Shown here piece after piece: positions 1 to 10,194 of a stretch of DNA of 32,000 bases. A program made the position numbers and the translations under genes. How positions within the stretch are numbered: position 1 is the first letter of the stretch; each line of letters starts with the position of its first letter. Origin of the DNA: Patescibacteria group bacterium (GTDB lineage Bacteria; Patescibacteriota; Patescibacteriia; UBA2591; UBA6264); NCBI GenBank assembly GCA_028713575.1, contig JAQTOB010000003.1, positions 30,001-62,000 on the forward strand, written 5' to 3'. The notes under the pieces are model-generated. The model was not told where the DNA came from. It ran no database searches and worked only from the letters and a program-made list of their open reading frames with translations.

Positions 1-520
1 AATCTATGCCATTTAAAAATTCATACTTAACAAACAAGGCGTTATCTCGGCTAATTTCCATTAATGTGGCAAAAAAATCATCTTTTATCAGCCCTTCTTT
101 TTCTAAAATATATTTTAATTCCATATTTGTTCCGCCCTCAATAATCGTAACTGTCTTCTCTGGCGCCAAGGGTGAATTAGTTAAGGTTTTAATTAAATCT
201 CTTAAACTAAGGTTTGTGTTTAAATAATATTCTCCCGGCCAAAAATCATTTTTAGCCTGAGTTAAAATGGCGTAAATTTTAAAAAATAAAGCGTTCTTTA
301 CCAAACCCTGTTCTTTTAATTTTTCCCCTATCTCTCTAATGCCCTCTCCTTTTTCAATGGTTAGAGATTTTACTTCTTGGCCAAATTCTTCTGTTTCTTG
401 TTGCTCCTGTTCAAAATTAAAAACCGGCATTTCTAAATGGTCTTTTTGAAATAAAAAATGCAATAAAATTACAACAAAAACAAAAAATAAATATCCTAAA
501 ATAATTCCTTTTTTAGACAT
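1..520 (-). CDS. mltG: MltG/YceG-like endolytic murein transglycosylase, N-terminal part (gene runs off the left edge)
   Basis: Not in the ORF track because it has no stop in the window. Reverse-complement translation from ATG (518-520) is open to position 1: MSKKGIILGYLFFVFVVILL... (N-terminal TM) ...LTIEKGEGIREIGEKLKEQGLVKNALFFKIYAILTQAKNDFWPGEYYLNTNLSLRDLIKTL...KTVTIIEGGTNMELKYILEKEG. This pattern is typical of the YceG family. The track ORF 6..227(+) is antisense to it. Confidence 0.7.
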   Translation of the reverse strand, partial: MSKKGIILGYLFFVFVVILLHFLFQKDHLEMPVFNFEQEQQETEEFGQEVKSLTIEKGEGIREIGEKLKEQGLVKNALFFKIYAILTQAKNDFWPGEYYLNTNLSLRDLIKTLTNSPLAPEKTVTIIEGGTNMELKYILEKEGLIKDDFFATLMEISRDNALFVKYEFLNGID

Positions 521-631
521 AATTCCTTTTAAAAATTAAAATAACTTAATTCTTTCAAAATCCCGATTAGAAATTATGTTAACATAGAATCTCTAACGGG
601 ATAAATTTGATTAAATTTTAAGTCCTAAATT

Positions 632-817
632 TTAAATTTTGGAAATGTTAAATTTTCTATATAATTCTTGAAATAATTTTTTTTGCGTGTTATAATCCAA
701 AGATTCTCGGCGAAGACGAGCTTTTTCTTGACGAATGTATTTTCTAAGACCCTTGGAAAATCTCTTGGACATAAATTTATTACTAACATTAATATCATAA
801 CTAGATTTTAGAAACAA
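632..817 (-). CDS. hypothetical small basic protein (61 aa; may start at internal Met MSKRFSKGLRKYIRQEKARLRRE)
   Basis: ORF track only. It is Lys/Arg-rich and lies divergent to trxB. I recognise no motif. Confidence 0.3.
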   Translation of the reverse strand: MFLKSSYDINVSNKFMSKRFSKGLRKYIRQEKARLRRESLDYNTQKKLFQELYRKFNISKI

Positions 818-879
818 AACAAGCCCTAAGATTATCCTGCGGAATTTGTAATTTTAATAAATTAAAGTATAATAAAAAT

Positions 880-1821
880 ATGATTTACGACTTAGTTATT
901 ATTGGGGCCGGGCCCGCCGGTCTGACCGCTTCAATTTATGCCTCTCGTTATGGTTTAAAAAATCTAATTATTGGTCGCACCCCTGGCGGCACTGCTACTG
1001 AAGCTTATCGGGTAGAAAATTATCCGGGCTGTTCGGCAATGACCGGGAATGAATTGATGAGAAAGGTTCTTTCCCAGGCAAAAGAATATCAAGCAGAACT
1101 AATTAACGCCGAGGTAAAGGAAGTCAAAAAAGAAAAAAATTTTTTCACCGTCAAAACCGACACCCGTCGTTCCTTTAGGGCGAAAACTATTGTTCTTGCC
1201 ATGGGATTGCGTCGCCGAACCCTTGGTGTTCCAGGAGAAAAAGAATTTTTTAACCGAGGCGTCGCTTATTGCCCTACCTGCGATGGGCCTCTTTTCAAAG
1301 ATAAGGTTGTGGCCGTAGTTGGCGGCGGAGACAGCGCCCTGACTTCTTGTTTGTTTCTTTCAAAAATAGCCAAAAAAGTTTATCTCATTCACTGTCTGCA
1401 ATATTTTGAGGGGCAAAAAATTTGGCAAGAAAAAATCAATCAAGAAAAAAAAATCGTCAAAATTTTCCCCCGAAGAATAGAAGAAATACATGGCCAACGA
1501 TTTCTGACTCACGTTATCTTAAATAAACAATATAAAAACAAAAAAAGACTAAACCTTGATGGCCTTTTTATTGAAATTGGGTCTCTGCCGGCGGAACAAG
1601 AAACAAAATTTATTTTGGGTTTAAAAATAAAAAGGGATCGCTCTGGATATGTAATAATTAATGACTCGGGACAAACAAACGTTTCTGGTTTGTTCGCGGC
1701 CGGCGACCTTACCGCTCCAGCTAATAAATTAAGGCAAATCATTACCGCTTCGGCTGAAGGAGCCATCGCTGCCAAGGGGGTTCAAGATTTTTTGGCCAAA
1801 AACCGACTTAAAACAAGTTGA
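880..1821 (+). CDS. trxB: thioredoxin-disulfide reductase
   Basis: FAD motif VIIGAGPAGLTASIYASR, redox-active CPTC (AYCPTCDG), second dinucleotide motif VVGGGDSA, and C-terminal GLFAAGD. Length of 313 aa fits low-Mr TrxR. Confidence 0.9.
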   Translation: MIYDLVIIGAGPAGLTASIYASRYGLKNLIIGRTPGGTATEAYRVENYPGCSAMTGNELMRKVLSQAKEYQAELINAEVKEVKKEKNFFTVKTDTRRSFRAKTIVLAMGLRRRTLGVPGEKEFFNRGVAYCPTCDGPLFKDKVVAVVGGGDSALTSCLFLSKIAKKVYLIHCLQYFEGQKIWQEKINQEKKIVKIFPRRIEEIHGQRFLTHVILNKQYKNKKRLNLDGLFIEIGSLPAEQETKFILGLKIKRDRSGYVIINDSGQTNVSGLFAAGDLTAPANKLRQIITASAEGAIAAKGVQDFLAKNRLKTS

Positions 1822-2222
1822 TAAAGCAAAAGGGTTACGGCGGAAAAAATCATTATATCTGCGATATTTATAACAACAAAAAAGAAATCAAGATAATCTA
1901 TTACCGCCCCATATTTAAATCTATCTAATAAATTACTAAAGGCGCCGACTAAAATGGCGGTCCAAGAGAAAACTTCAAAAGTTTTCCCTTTTTCATAGGC
2001 CTGATTAAGTTTAATTATTATTATAAAAATAATAATAATTAATAAAAAATAAAATAAAAAACCCCTTAAAGGAATACTTAAAGCGATGTTAATGTTAGGA
2101 AAATAAAAAAATTTAAAAAACGCGGTTTTTGAAACGAATCCCCTTAATGCTATTTCTTTTAGTGTCCGGTCAAAAATAAAAAAGGCCAAAATTACAGTAT
2201 TAAGCCAAAAAAATTTTTTCAT
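1782..2222 (-). CDS. lspA: lipoprotein signal peptidase (signal peptidase II)
   Basis: Four-TM small protein with GAFSNLLDRFKYGAVIDYLDF and NIADIMI, matching the LspA N..DR...G.V.D / N.AD motifs. Its 3' end overlaps the trxB 3' end convergently by 40 nt. Confidence 0.8.
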   Translation of the reverse strand: MKKFFWLNTVILAFFIFDRTLKEIALRGFVSKTAFFKFFYFPNINIALSIPLRGFLFYFLLIIIIFIIIIKLNQAYEKGKTFEVFSWTAILVGAFSNLLDRFKYGAVIDYLDFFFVVINIADIMIFSAVTLLLYQLVLSRFLAKKS

Positions 2223-2242
2223 TAATTATTAATTAAGTGTTT

Positions 2243-2596
2243 TTATTTTTTATCTTCTTTGCAATTCAAACAATAACGAGCGGTCGGCAATATTTTTAAT
2301 CTTTCTTTGCTAATTTTTTTCCCACAAGTTTCACAAAAACCATATTTACCTGAATTAATTTTTTTTAGAGCTAAATCTATCTCATCAAGAGATTTTTTTA
2401 GGTTTTCTCCCATGGAAATGCCGTCAATAAAAGCCGCCACCTCCTCAGCGTTTTCGTCTTCCGCTCTGCCATATTGAGGAAAAACTGCGTTATAATTATT
2501 TTCTCCTCGGCCACTTTTTTTGGCCACTTGTTCAAGGCTACTTTTAATCTTTTTTCGCCTTTCTTGTAAAACTTCTTTAATTGAGTTTTTAAACAT
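2243..2596 (-). CDS. DksA/TraR-family C4-type zinc-finger protein
   Basis: C-terminal CETCGKKISKERLKILPTARYCLNCK (CxxC-17-CxxC) preceded by a coiled-coil-like region. Confidence 0.8.
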   Translation of the reverse strand: MFKNSIKEVLQERRKKIKSSLEQVAKKSGRGENNYNAVFPQYGRAEDENAEEVAAFIDGISMGENLKKSLDEIDLALKKINSGKYGFCETCGKKISKERLKILPTARYCLNCKEDKK

Positions 2597-2703
2597 AAAA
2601 ATTTTTTAAGAGAAAAAGGCTTAAGCCCTTATTATTTATTAAACATATAATCATTTTAGTATATAGATTAAAAAATAATTAACAAGTGATTTATCCACAA
2701 TTT

Positions 2704-3849
2704 TTAAATTATCCTTAATATTCCTTTGATTAATTCCCGTGTTTCTATAACAGTTAAATCTCTTGCTCCTTTGTTGTTTATAAAATAATAAAATCCATTA
2801 ACCACTTCATCTTGTTTAAAAACTCCCGTTAGGCCATTAACCGTTTTAAATAAATGAGGTCCATTAGAAAGATAAAAATAATTTTGGTCTTGGTATAAAA
2901 AAATTTCTTCAAAATCTTGTTGAAACGTTAATTGCTTTATTTCAAGTCCATCTGTCGTCTTGTTTATAAATTCATAAACATTGGGGTCTATTATTTGTTC
3001 AACGTAACTCGTTCCATCTGGCAAAAAAACCGTTTTTTCAACCGGATTTTTAACGGCCATTCCTGTTTTTATTTTATTTTCAAAGCTTTCCATTGTTTCT
3101 CTTTTTAAATAAATTAAAACGTATTCTTGGTTGGTTCTGTTCTCTGTTTTTGGCCAATTTAAAAAAATATTGGAAATATCTTTTTGGTTATCAATTTTTA
3201 AATTAAAAAACAAACTATTCAGCCCCAGAAAAGAAAAACAATTTATTTTGACTTTTGTTTCTAGACAATTGTTTAGATTTGTTTTTTCGGGATAAAAATG
3301 ACCCTTAATCCAGAAGGGCGTCGTATCTAAAGAAAAAGAAAATTTTTCTTTAAAAGAATTTTTATAAAAAATGTCCTGTTGAAAAATATTTTCCAACGAA
3401 ACCATCCAAACCCGCCTATTTATCTTTTTAACCGCAAACTCCTTTATTTGTTTGTCAATTAAAGAAGGGTCTGTCCATTGTTTTATTTTTAAAAGAAAAA
3501 CTAAATTAAACTCCTTATTATCGTTCCCTCCGCCTTCTTTCTTAAAACCAATCAAACCAACTTCGTCTAAATGTTCTTTATTTTCCAAAATCCTTCTTAT
3601 TAATAAAGAATTTTCGTTTGTTGTCAATAATCCTTCTAAAAAAATATTTGTTTTAGTGTTCTTAAGCCAATCATTTCCGATTTTGCCCGCACGACGAATA
3701 CTATTTAAATCAAAATGTAAATAAAAATCCTCCTGCCCAGAAACAAGTCCCATTAAGCTGTCTGGATGCCAAAAAAAACGAATAAAAACAAGAAAAAAAA
3801 GGGCCAAAAAAAATAAAAGAAAAATTGTTGTTTTTTTAACAAAAGACAT
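2704..3849 (-). CDS. hypothetical membrane-anchored protein (381 aa)
   Basis: Long ORF with N-terminal TM (TTIFLLFFLALFFLVFIRFFW). No recognisable catalytic motif. Confidence 0.55.
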   Translation of the reverse strand: MSFVKKTTIFLLFFLALFFLVFIRFFWHPDSLMGLVSGQEDFYLHFDLNSIRRAGKIGNDWLKNTKTNIFLEGLLTTNENSLLIRRILENKEHLDEVGLIGFKKEGGGNDNKEFNLVFLLKIKQWTDPSLIDKQIKEFAVKKINRRVWMVSLENIFQQDIFYKNSFKEKFSFSLDTTPFWIKGHFYPEKTNLNNCLETKVKINCFSFLGLNSLFFNLKIDNQKDISNIFLNWPKTENRTNQEYVLIYLKRETMESFENKIKTGMAVKNPVEKTVFLPDGTSYVEQIIDPNVYEFINKTTDGLEIKQLTFQQDFEEIFLYQDQNYFYLSNGPHLFKTVNGLTGVFKQDEVVNGFYYFINNKGARDLTVIETRELIKGILRII

Positions 3850-3913
3850 AAAGGCATAATAGAAAAAATAAAAAACCTTGTCAATCTTTTTAAAATCGTT
3901 ATAATAATGCCAT

Positions 3914-4990
3914 ATGAAAAACTTAACAAATAAAAAAGATTATCTTCAATTGGTAAAATCCTTTCCTCGCCTTGGAGATTTAATTGAGGGAACTGTTATT
4001 GAAATAGGTCGAAATGAAATTTATTTAGATATTAATGGCTTAACCACGGGTATTGTTCGGGGACCTGAGCTTTTTGATGAATCGGGAGAATTTTCTAACC
4101 TTAAAAAGGGAGATAAAGTTTTTGCTACTGTGATTGATTTGGAAAATGAAAAGGGATTAATTGATCTTTCTTTTCGGCAAGCCAGCCATAAAAAGGCTTG
4201 GAATAATTTAGAAGAAATCAGTAAAAATAAAAACCTCTTATCAGTTAAGATAACCGAAGCAAATAAAGGAGGATTGATTGTTTATGCTGGCAAAATTCAA
4301 GGATTTTTGCCCGTTTCTCAATTAAAACCAGATCATTATCCGCGCGTGGAAGAAGGAAATAAAAATAGAATTTTAGAAAAATTAAAAGAATTTGTTGGGC
4401 AAGAGATGAAGGTTAAAATAATCACTATTGACGAAAAAACCGGCAAATTAATTGTTTCAGAGAAAGAAACCTCAACCACAGAAAAAAAACTCGCCAGCAA
4501 ATATAAAATAGGCGATGTAGTGGAAGGAAAAATTAGCGGATTGGTTGATTTTGGCGCTTTTATAACCTTTGGCAAAGACCAAGAAGGATTGGTTCATATT
4601 TCCGAATTAGCCTGGCAAAGAATTGACCATCCTCAAGATGTAGTAAAAATTGGAGATAAAATAAAGGCAGAAATTATCGGTATTACCGACGATGGAAAAA
4701 TTTCTCTTTCCATTAGAAGACTGTTAAAAGACCCATGGAAAACGGTTAAAGAAAAATATAAAATAGGGCAAATAATTGATGGAAAAGTTTTAAAAATAAA
4801 TCCCTTTGGCCTTTTTGTGGAGATTGACCCCGACATTCACGGGTTAGCTCACATCTCTGAACTCTCAGACAAACCGATTAAAGACGCTTCTTGTGTTGCC
4901 CAAATGGGGGAAACACTAAAATTTAAAATTGTTTCTATTGAGCCAGACGACCATCGCCTGGGTCTTTCTTTAATTAAAAAAAATAAATGA
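3914..4990 (+). CDS. rpsA: S1 RNA-binding-domain protein (ribosomal protein S1-like, about four S1 repeats)
   Basis: Repeated S1/OB units (G..V.G.V...G.FV.L...GL.HISEL), for example GDVVEGKISGLVDFGAFITFG..QEGLVHISEL and GQIIDGKVLKINPFGLFVEI.PDIHGLAHISEL. The stop overlaps the ftsH start (ATGA at 4987-4990). Confidence 0.8.
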   Translation: MKNLTNKKDYLQLVKSFPRLGDLIEGTVIEIGRNEIYLDINGLTTGIVRGPELFDESGEFSNLKKGDKVFATVIDLENEKGLIDLSFRQASHKKAWNNLEEISKNKNLLSVKITEANKGGLIVYAGKIQGFLPVSQLKPDHYPRVEEGNKNRILEKLKEFVGQEMKVKIITIDEKTGKLIVSEKETSTTEKKLASKYKIGDVVEGKISGLVDFGAFITFGKDQEGLVHISELAWQRIDHPQDVVKIGDKIKAEIIGITDDGKISLSIRRLLKDPWKTVKEKYKIGQIIDGKVLKINPFGLFVEIDPDIHGLAHISELSDKPIKDASCVAQMGETLKFKIVSIEPDDHRLGLSLIKKNK

Positions 4991-6807
4991 AATCTTTTTT
5001 AAAAAATTTCCTTATTTTTTTAATTGTTTTCTTGATTATTTCTGGACTTTTTAGTCTGCTTAATTCTGGGGAAGGTGGCACCCAACAAATTAGCTTGAAT
5101 AATTTAGTTGAAAAAATAAAAGCCAAAGAAATTCAAGAAATTTTAATTGAAAAAGACCGTTTAAACATTATTTCTTTTGACCAAAAACGTTATTTTACTT
5201 TTAAAGAAGAAAATGAATCCCTGATTAGCGTTTTAACCGATTATGGCGTCTCGGCTGAAGACCTCTCTTTAATCTCTATTAGTGTTGAAAACACAAAAGG
5301 ACGAGAAACTTTTTTTAATGTTATTCTTCCTGTTCTTTTTCCTTTATTTTTATTGATTATTATCATTTTCTTTTTTTCCAAACAAGTCCGCGGCGCCGGG
5401 ATGCAGGCTTTCAAATTTGGAGAAAGTCAAGCAAGAAAAATAAATCCCCAAGATAAAAGAGTTAAAACCACTTTTCAGGATGTGGCTGGAATAAGAGAAG
5501 CAAAAGACGATTTATCTGAAATTGTTGATTTTCTTAAAAATCCAAAAAAATACATTAAATTGGGGGCAAAAATACCAAAAGGCGTTTTGTTAATTGGACT
5601 TCCGGGTTGCGGGAAAACCCTTTTGGCCAGGGCGGTTGCAGGAGAAGCTGGTGTCCCATTTTTTCATATTTCTGGGTCAGAATTTATTGAACTTTTTGTT
5701 GGAGTTGGCGCCTCTCGGGTAAGAGATCTTTTTTCTAAAGCTAAAAAAAACCTTCCCGCCATTGTTTTTATTGATGAATTAGACGCTGTTGGTCGTCAAC
5801 GTGGAGCCGGGTTGGGCGGATCACACGATGAAAGAGAACAAACCCTAAATCAAATTCTCGTTGAATTAGATGGTTTTGAACCTAATATTGGCCTGATTGT
5901 TTTAGCCGCAACCAATCGACCGGACATTTTAGACCCCGCACTTCTGCGACCCGGCAGATTTGACCGGAAAGTTATTCTTGATTTACCAGACCTAAAAGAC
6001 CGCGAGGCTATTCTTAAAATTCACGCCAAAGGAAAACCCTTGTCAAAAGAAATTAATCTTCAAAAAGTTGCAGAAAGAACGCCTGGTTTTACCGGGGCGG
6101 ACCTAGAAAGCCTTTTGAATGAAGCTTCTATCTTAGCGGCAAAAAGAAATAAAAATAATATTGGCCAATTTGAAATTTTTGAAAGCATAGAAAGAGTTCT
6201 TTTAGGGCCTGAAAGAAAAAGCCATGTTCTTTCGGAAAAAGAAAAAGAAATAGTGGCTTATCATGAGGCCGGACACGCTATTATTAGCTATTTATTGCCG
6301 GGATGCGACCCTGTACAAAAAATCTCTATAATTTCTCGCGGCCAAGCCGCTGGCTATACTTTAATTATGCCGGAGAAGGAAAAATCCCTTAAAACAAAAT
6401 CTGAGTTTTTAGATAATCTTAGCGCTTTATTGGGAGGGTATGTAGCGGAAGAAAAATTTTTTGGAGAAGTAACAACCGGGGCGGCCAATGACCTTCGTCG
6501 GGTTACTCAATTAACCCGCAAATTAATAACCGAATATGGAATGAGTGAAACGTTTGGTCCGCGAACTTTCGGAGAAAAAGAGGAGCTGGTCTTTCTTGGT
6601 CGAGAAATTTCTGAACGAAGAGATTATTCTGAAGAATTCGCCAAAATGATAGATAAAGAGGTTTCTTCTTTTATTAAATTATGCCATAAGAGGGCCTCAG
6701 ATTTATTAGAAAAAAATAAAAATAAATTAAAAACCTTAGCCATTTTTTTACTAAAAAACGAAACAATTGAAAGGGAACAATTTGTTAAAATAATGAAGAA
6801 AAAATGA
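4987..6807 (+). CDS. ftsH: ATP-dependent zinc metalloprotease FtsH
   Basis: Two N-terminal TMs, Walker A GLPGCGKT, Walker [31 protein letters not shown], and zinc site HEAGHAI. Confidence 0.95.
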   Translation: MKSFLKNFLIFLIVFLIISGLFSLLNSGEGGTQQISLNNLVEKIKAKEIQEILIEKDRLNIISFDQKRYFTFKEENESLISVLTDYGVSAEDLSLISISVENTKGRETFFNVILPVLFPLFLLIIIIFFFSKQVRGAGMQAFKFGESQARKINPQDKRVKTTFQDVAGIREAKDDLSEIVDFLKNPKKYIKLGAKIPKGVLLIGLPGCGKTLLARAVAGEAGVPFFHISGSEFIELFVGVGASRVRDLFSKAKKNLPAIVFIDELDAVGRQRGAGLGGSHDEREQTLNQILVELDGFEPNIGLIVLAATNRPDILDPALLRPGRFDRKVILDLPDLKDREAILKIHAKGKPLSKEINLQKVAERTPGFTGADLESLLNEASILAAKRNKNNIGQFEIFESIERVLLGPERKSHVLSEKEKEIVAYHEAGHAIISYLLPGCDPVQKISIISRGQAAGYTLIMPEKEKSLKTKSEFLDNLSALLGGYVAEEKFFGEVTTGAANDLRRVTQLTRKLITEYGMSETFGPRTFGEKEELVFLGREISERRDYSEEFAKMIDKEVSSFIKLCHKRASDLLEKNKNKLKTLAIFLLKNETIEREQFVKIMKKK

Positions 6808-7718
6808 AAACAATAAATATAAGGTCTTTGTTTAAAGAAAACTTAAATTTTATCTGGGCAAATCCTATTCTTTGGGTATGGGGATTTTTTGCTGCCCCTC
6901 TTTTAAATAATGAAATTATTTTATTAACCAAAAATTATAAAAAAATAATTGATTGGATAAATCAATCAATCGCCTTTAAATTAATCAATTCTTCCCTTGG
7001 GGGCATTTTTGAATCATTGTCGTTTTTAAATTTTTTAAATTCCAATATTTCATTTATAATCCTTATAGTTTTAATTACTGTTTTATTATTCTTCCTCTCT
7101 TTTCTCTCTCAAATTGCCCTTATTTTGTCGGTAAAAAATAGACAAAATCTATTATTCAAAAAAACATGGAAGCAGGGAAAATCTTTTATTTGGCCAGTAA
7201 TTGGCGTTTATTTGTTAGTTTTTATTATTACTTATGGATTTTTGTTTTTATTAAGCATCCCTTTATTATTTAATCATTTATTAATAATTATTCCTGTTGT
7301 TATTTTTTTACTCTTGGGGGTTATTCTTTCTTTTATTTCAAGATATGTTTTATTTTTTATTATTCTTGAAAATAATCGTTTTTTAAAATCCATAAAAAAC
7401 GGTTTCTCTTTTTTCATTAAAAACTGGGGGACAACAATAAAAACGTCTTTTTGTATCTTTTTAATAATGTTCTTAATCGGCTTAATAATATTATTAATTT
7501 CTATTGGTGCGGCAATTCCTTTTGTTATTATAATTGACCTTGTTTTAAAATTAAATTTAATGTTTCTTTTTTGGTTGATTTCTATAATTTTTATTTTATT
7601 AATTATTGTTTTTGTTTTATTTTTAAGTTCTACTTTCTCCGCTTGGCAAACCGCTGTTTGGAGTTCTTTATTTTTAAAATTATCTAATAAACCTTCCTTA
7701 AGCCTAAATAAGGAATAA
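6804..7718 (+). CDS. hypothetical polytopic membrane protein (304 aa)
   Basis: Very hydrophobic ORF with multiple predicted TM segments. Its start overlaps the ftsH stop (ATGA at 6804-6807), suggesting co-translation with ftsH. Confidence 0.6.
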   Translation: MKTINIRSLFKENLNFIWANPILWVWGFFAAPLLNNEIILLTKNYKKIIDWINQSIAFKLINSSLGGIFESLSFLNFLNSNISFIILIVLITVLLFFLSFLSQIALILSVKNRQNLLFKKTWKQGKSFIWPVIGVYLLVFIITYGFLFLLSIPLLFNHLLIIIPVVIFLLLGVILSFISRYVLFFIILENNRFLKSIKNGFSFFIKNWGTTIKTSFCIFLIMFLIGLIILLISIGAAIPFVIIIDLVLKLNLMFLFWLISIIFILLIIVFVLFLSSTFSAWQTAVWSSLFLKLSNKPSLSLNKE

Positions 7719-7919
7719 TGAGTGGATAAATTGTTAATGAAAAGATTTCTTTAAATAAATTAAGGTTTAATCCACTTTTTATTAATCTGTTTTCCTATTT
7801 TTATTTATTCTTTTCTTTTCTTAATAAGCCCTTAATAAACGCATTTTTATTTTATTAAATAAATATCCCCTTCTCTATTATTATAAAAAGTATATAATAT
7901 TATATATTATATAATAAGT

Positions 7920-9038
7920 ATGAAATTTTCCTGCCTTCAAGAAAATATATCACAAGGATTGAATATTTGTTCTCATTTAGTTAGTTCTAATCGGGTAAGT
8001 TTGCCTATTTTGAATAACATTTTATTAACCACCCAAAAAGGTTATTTAAAATTAAGTGTTACTAATTTAGAAACAGCGATTGAAACAAAAATTAGGGCAA
8101 AAATAGAAAAAGAAGGACAAATAACAATTCCTTCTCAAATTTTAAATAATTATATAGAATTACTTCCTAATGAGGTCTTAAATTTTGAATTAATAAAAAA
8201 AGAGTTAATTATAAAAAGTAAAAAACAAACAGCAAAAATAAAAGGAATATCTGCTGAAGAGTTTCCAATTATTCCTCAAATTGAAACAAAGGAAAAATTT
8301 ACAATCAATAGTGATATTTTAAAGAATGTTTTAGAAAAAACTCTTTTTGCAATCTCATCTTCAGAAATAAGAATTGAATTAAGTGGAGCCTTATTTTCTT
8401 TTAATGACCCAGATTTAAATAAATTAAGCATAGTTGGGACTGATAGTTACCGCTTAACAGAGAAACAAGTAGATTTAAAAAAAATAAGCTTCAAAAATAA
8501 TAAAAAAATTATTATTCCAATAAAAACCCTTCAAGAAGTTTTAAGGATTATTAAAAATAAAGACGAAGTAGAAATTTGTTTATCAGAGAATCAAATATTA
8601 TTTATTTATCAAAATACAGAATTAATTTCTCGTATTATTGATGGGGAATATCCCGACTATAAACAAACTATTCCAGAAATAATTAAAACAAATGTGATTG
8701 TTAAAAAAGACGAATTTTTAAGAATAATTAAAACAACAGGATTTTTTACAAAAATAGGAATTAATGACGTAAGCTTAAAATTTATTAGTAAGGAAAATAA
8801 AATAATAATATCATCTCTTAATAATCAAATAGGAGAAATTAAAGCCACGATTTCCGCGGACATAAAAGGAGAAAATAATGAAATTATTTTTAATTATCGT
8901 TATTTAATAGATGGCCTAACTAATTTACCGGGAGATGAAATAAAAGTGGAAATAGTTAACGATGATACTCCGGCAGTAATTCGCTCAGTTTCCGATAAGT
9001 CGTATTTATATTTAATTATGCCAATAAAAAATAATTAA
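7920..9038 (+). CDS. dnaN: DNA polymerase III beta subunit (sliding clamp)
   Basis: 372 aa. N-terminus MKFSCLQENISQGLNICSHLVS..RVSLPILNNILL, mid GTDSYRLTE, C-terminal YLIMPIK. These are typical DnaN landmarks. Confidence 0.9.
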   Translation: MKFSCLQENISQGLNICSHLVSSNRVSLPILNNILLTTQKGYLKLSVTNLETAIETKIRAKIEKEGQITIPSQILNNYIELLPNEVLNFELIKKELIIKSKKQTAKIKGISAEEFPIIPQIETKEKFTINSDILKNVLEKTLFAISSSEIRIELSGALFSFNDPDLNKLSIVGTDSYRLTEKQVDLKKISFKNNKKIIIPIKTLQEVLRIIKNKDEVEICLSENQILFIYQNTELISRIIDGEYPDYKQTIPEIIKTNVIVKKDEFLRIIKTTGFFTKIGINDVSLKFISKENKIIISSLNNQIGEIKATISADIKGENNEIIFNYRYLIDGLTNLPGDEIKVEIVNDDTPAVIRSVSDKSYLYLIMPIKNN

Positions 9039-9073
9039 TCCCACTTTGAGGGAAGGTGGAAAAAGAGGTTTTT

Positions 9074-9349
9074 ATGAATAAAAAAGAGTTAATTGAAAAA
9101 TTAACCAAAGAAGCAAAGGCCTGTTCAATGGCAGAAGCCGGACGTTGTTTGGATTCTTTTATTAAGATTGTTAAAAACGCCTTAAAGGCGGGCGATAAAG
9201 TCGCTATCGCTGGTTTTGGTACATTTTCGGTGAGCAAAAGAGCGGCTCGCACCGGCATCAATCCACAAACCAGGGCAAAGATTCAGATTCCAGCGACAAA
9301 AGTTCCTAAATTTAAAGCTGGACAAGGATTCAAAAAATCAGTCAAATAG
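9074..9349 (+). CDS. hup: HU-family DNA-binding protein
   Basis: MNKKELIEKL...GDKVAIAGFGTFSVSKRAARTGINPQTRAKIQIPATKVPKFKAGQGFK is a canonical HU arm. I prefer ATG 9074 over the track's GTG 9056; a GGAAGGTGGA purine-rich stretch lies upstream. Confidence 0.9.
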   Translation: MNKKELIEKLTKEAKACSMAEAGRCLDSFIKIVKNALKAGDKVAIAGFGTFSVSKRAARTGINPQTRAKIQIPATKVPKFKAGQGFKKSVK

Positions 9350-9360
9350 ATTTTTTTAAT

Positions 9361-9390
9361 AAAAGGCCCCTATTAATATGGGGGCTTTTT
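9361..9390. terminator. putative bidirectional rho-independent terminator between convergent hup and the M23 peptidase gene
   Basis: aaaaGGCCCCtattaatatGGGGGCttttt: a GC stem (GCCCC/GGGGC) flanked by an A-run and a T-run. Confidence 0.5.
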
Positions 9391-9406
9391 ATGTTATATT
9401 TATTCA

Positions 9407-10171
9407 CTATTTTAAAATTTTTAATGGGTCAATGATTTTTTTAAGGTCTTCTTCGCTTCCATAACCAGCAACAGCGCCTTGTTCTTTTAAAATATTAAAA
9501 TGCAGGTGAGCGGGCCAGCCGCCGTTTTCCAGACTAAACGATTTTCCCACTTGACCAATAATTTCCCCTTTTTTGATTAAGTCGCCGATAATAGGAGTTT
9601 CTCTTGGAGCGGCTAAATGTCCATAAAGAGAATAAAAGATTTTTCCAGCCAGTTTGTGTTGTATAAGAATCATATTCCCATAACCCCCTTCTCCGCGATA
9701 AAGTTTTTGGCCACTTTTTTCAAATAATTCTTGTTCATTTTTTCTAATTATTTCCATTCCCGCTATTTTCCCATCTTGTACAGCAAAAACCTCTAACCCA
9801 CTTTCTACAACGTAATCAATTCCTAAATGAAGATTAGTTTTTTCGTGGCTAGAAGGTTGTCCGGGCTTTTGATTGTAATATATTCTTTCTTCTCCCGACT
9901 TTAAAATAAAACCATTTTTAGCCATTTTTTTAAACTGTTCCGTTTCTACTGCTGCTGCTAAATCAGTTGTTCTAAATTTTTTTATTAATTCTTCAAAAGG
10001 GTAAACTGGCATTTTTTTTGCGTTTTTTAATGGTTCGTCGCAGGTTTTACGGAGTAGTTCAATTAATTTTTTGTCATCCCTTGAGGCTTCCGGGTTAACA
10101 ATACCCTTTTCTTTACTATAAGATTTTTCTATGGGCTTTAAAAAATATTCAAATGGTCTTTTGAAAAACAT
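9407..10171 (-). CDS. M23-family (LytM-like) metallopeptidase
   Basis: HLGIDY, GYGNMILIQH, YGHL and PAHLHFNI match the M23 H.xxxD / HxH zinc-site pattern. Confidence 0.8.
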   Translation of the reverse strand: MFFKRPFEYFLKPIEKSYSKEKGIVNPEASRDDKKLIELLRKTCDEPLKNAKKMPVYPFEELIKKFRTTDLAAAVETEQFKKMAKNGFILKSGEERIYYNQKPGQPSSHEKTNLHLGIDYVVESGLEVFAVQDGKIAGMEIIRKNEQELFEKSGQKLYRGEGGYGNMILIQHKLAGKIFYSLYGHLAAPRETPIIGDLIKKGEIIGQVGKSFSLENGGWPAHLHFNILKEQGAVAGYGSEEDLKKIIDPLKILK

Positions 10172-10194
10172 AAGCGGATATAATCAGTTTTTTA

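Noticed and set aside
6-227. Track ORF 6..227(+), 73 aa.
   Set aside because: It is antisense to the much longer, motif-bearing MltG reading frame that occupies 1-520 on the minus strand.
1782-1821. 40-nt convergent overlap of the trxB and lspA 3' ends as a possible antisense regulatory arrangement.
   Set aside because: Tail-to-tail overlaps are common in compact genomes, and the overlapping LspA tail is unconserved-looking. No extra structure was seen.
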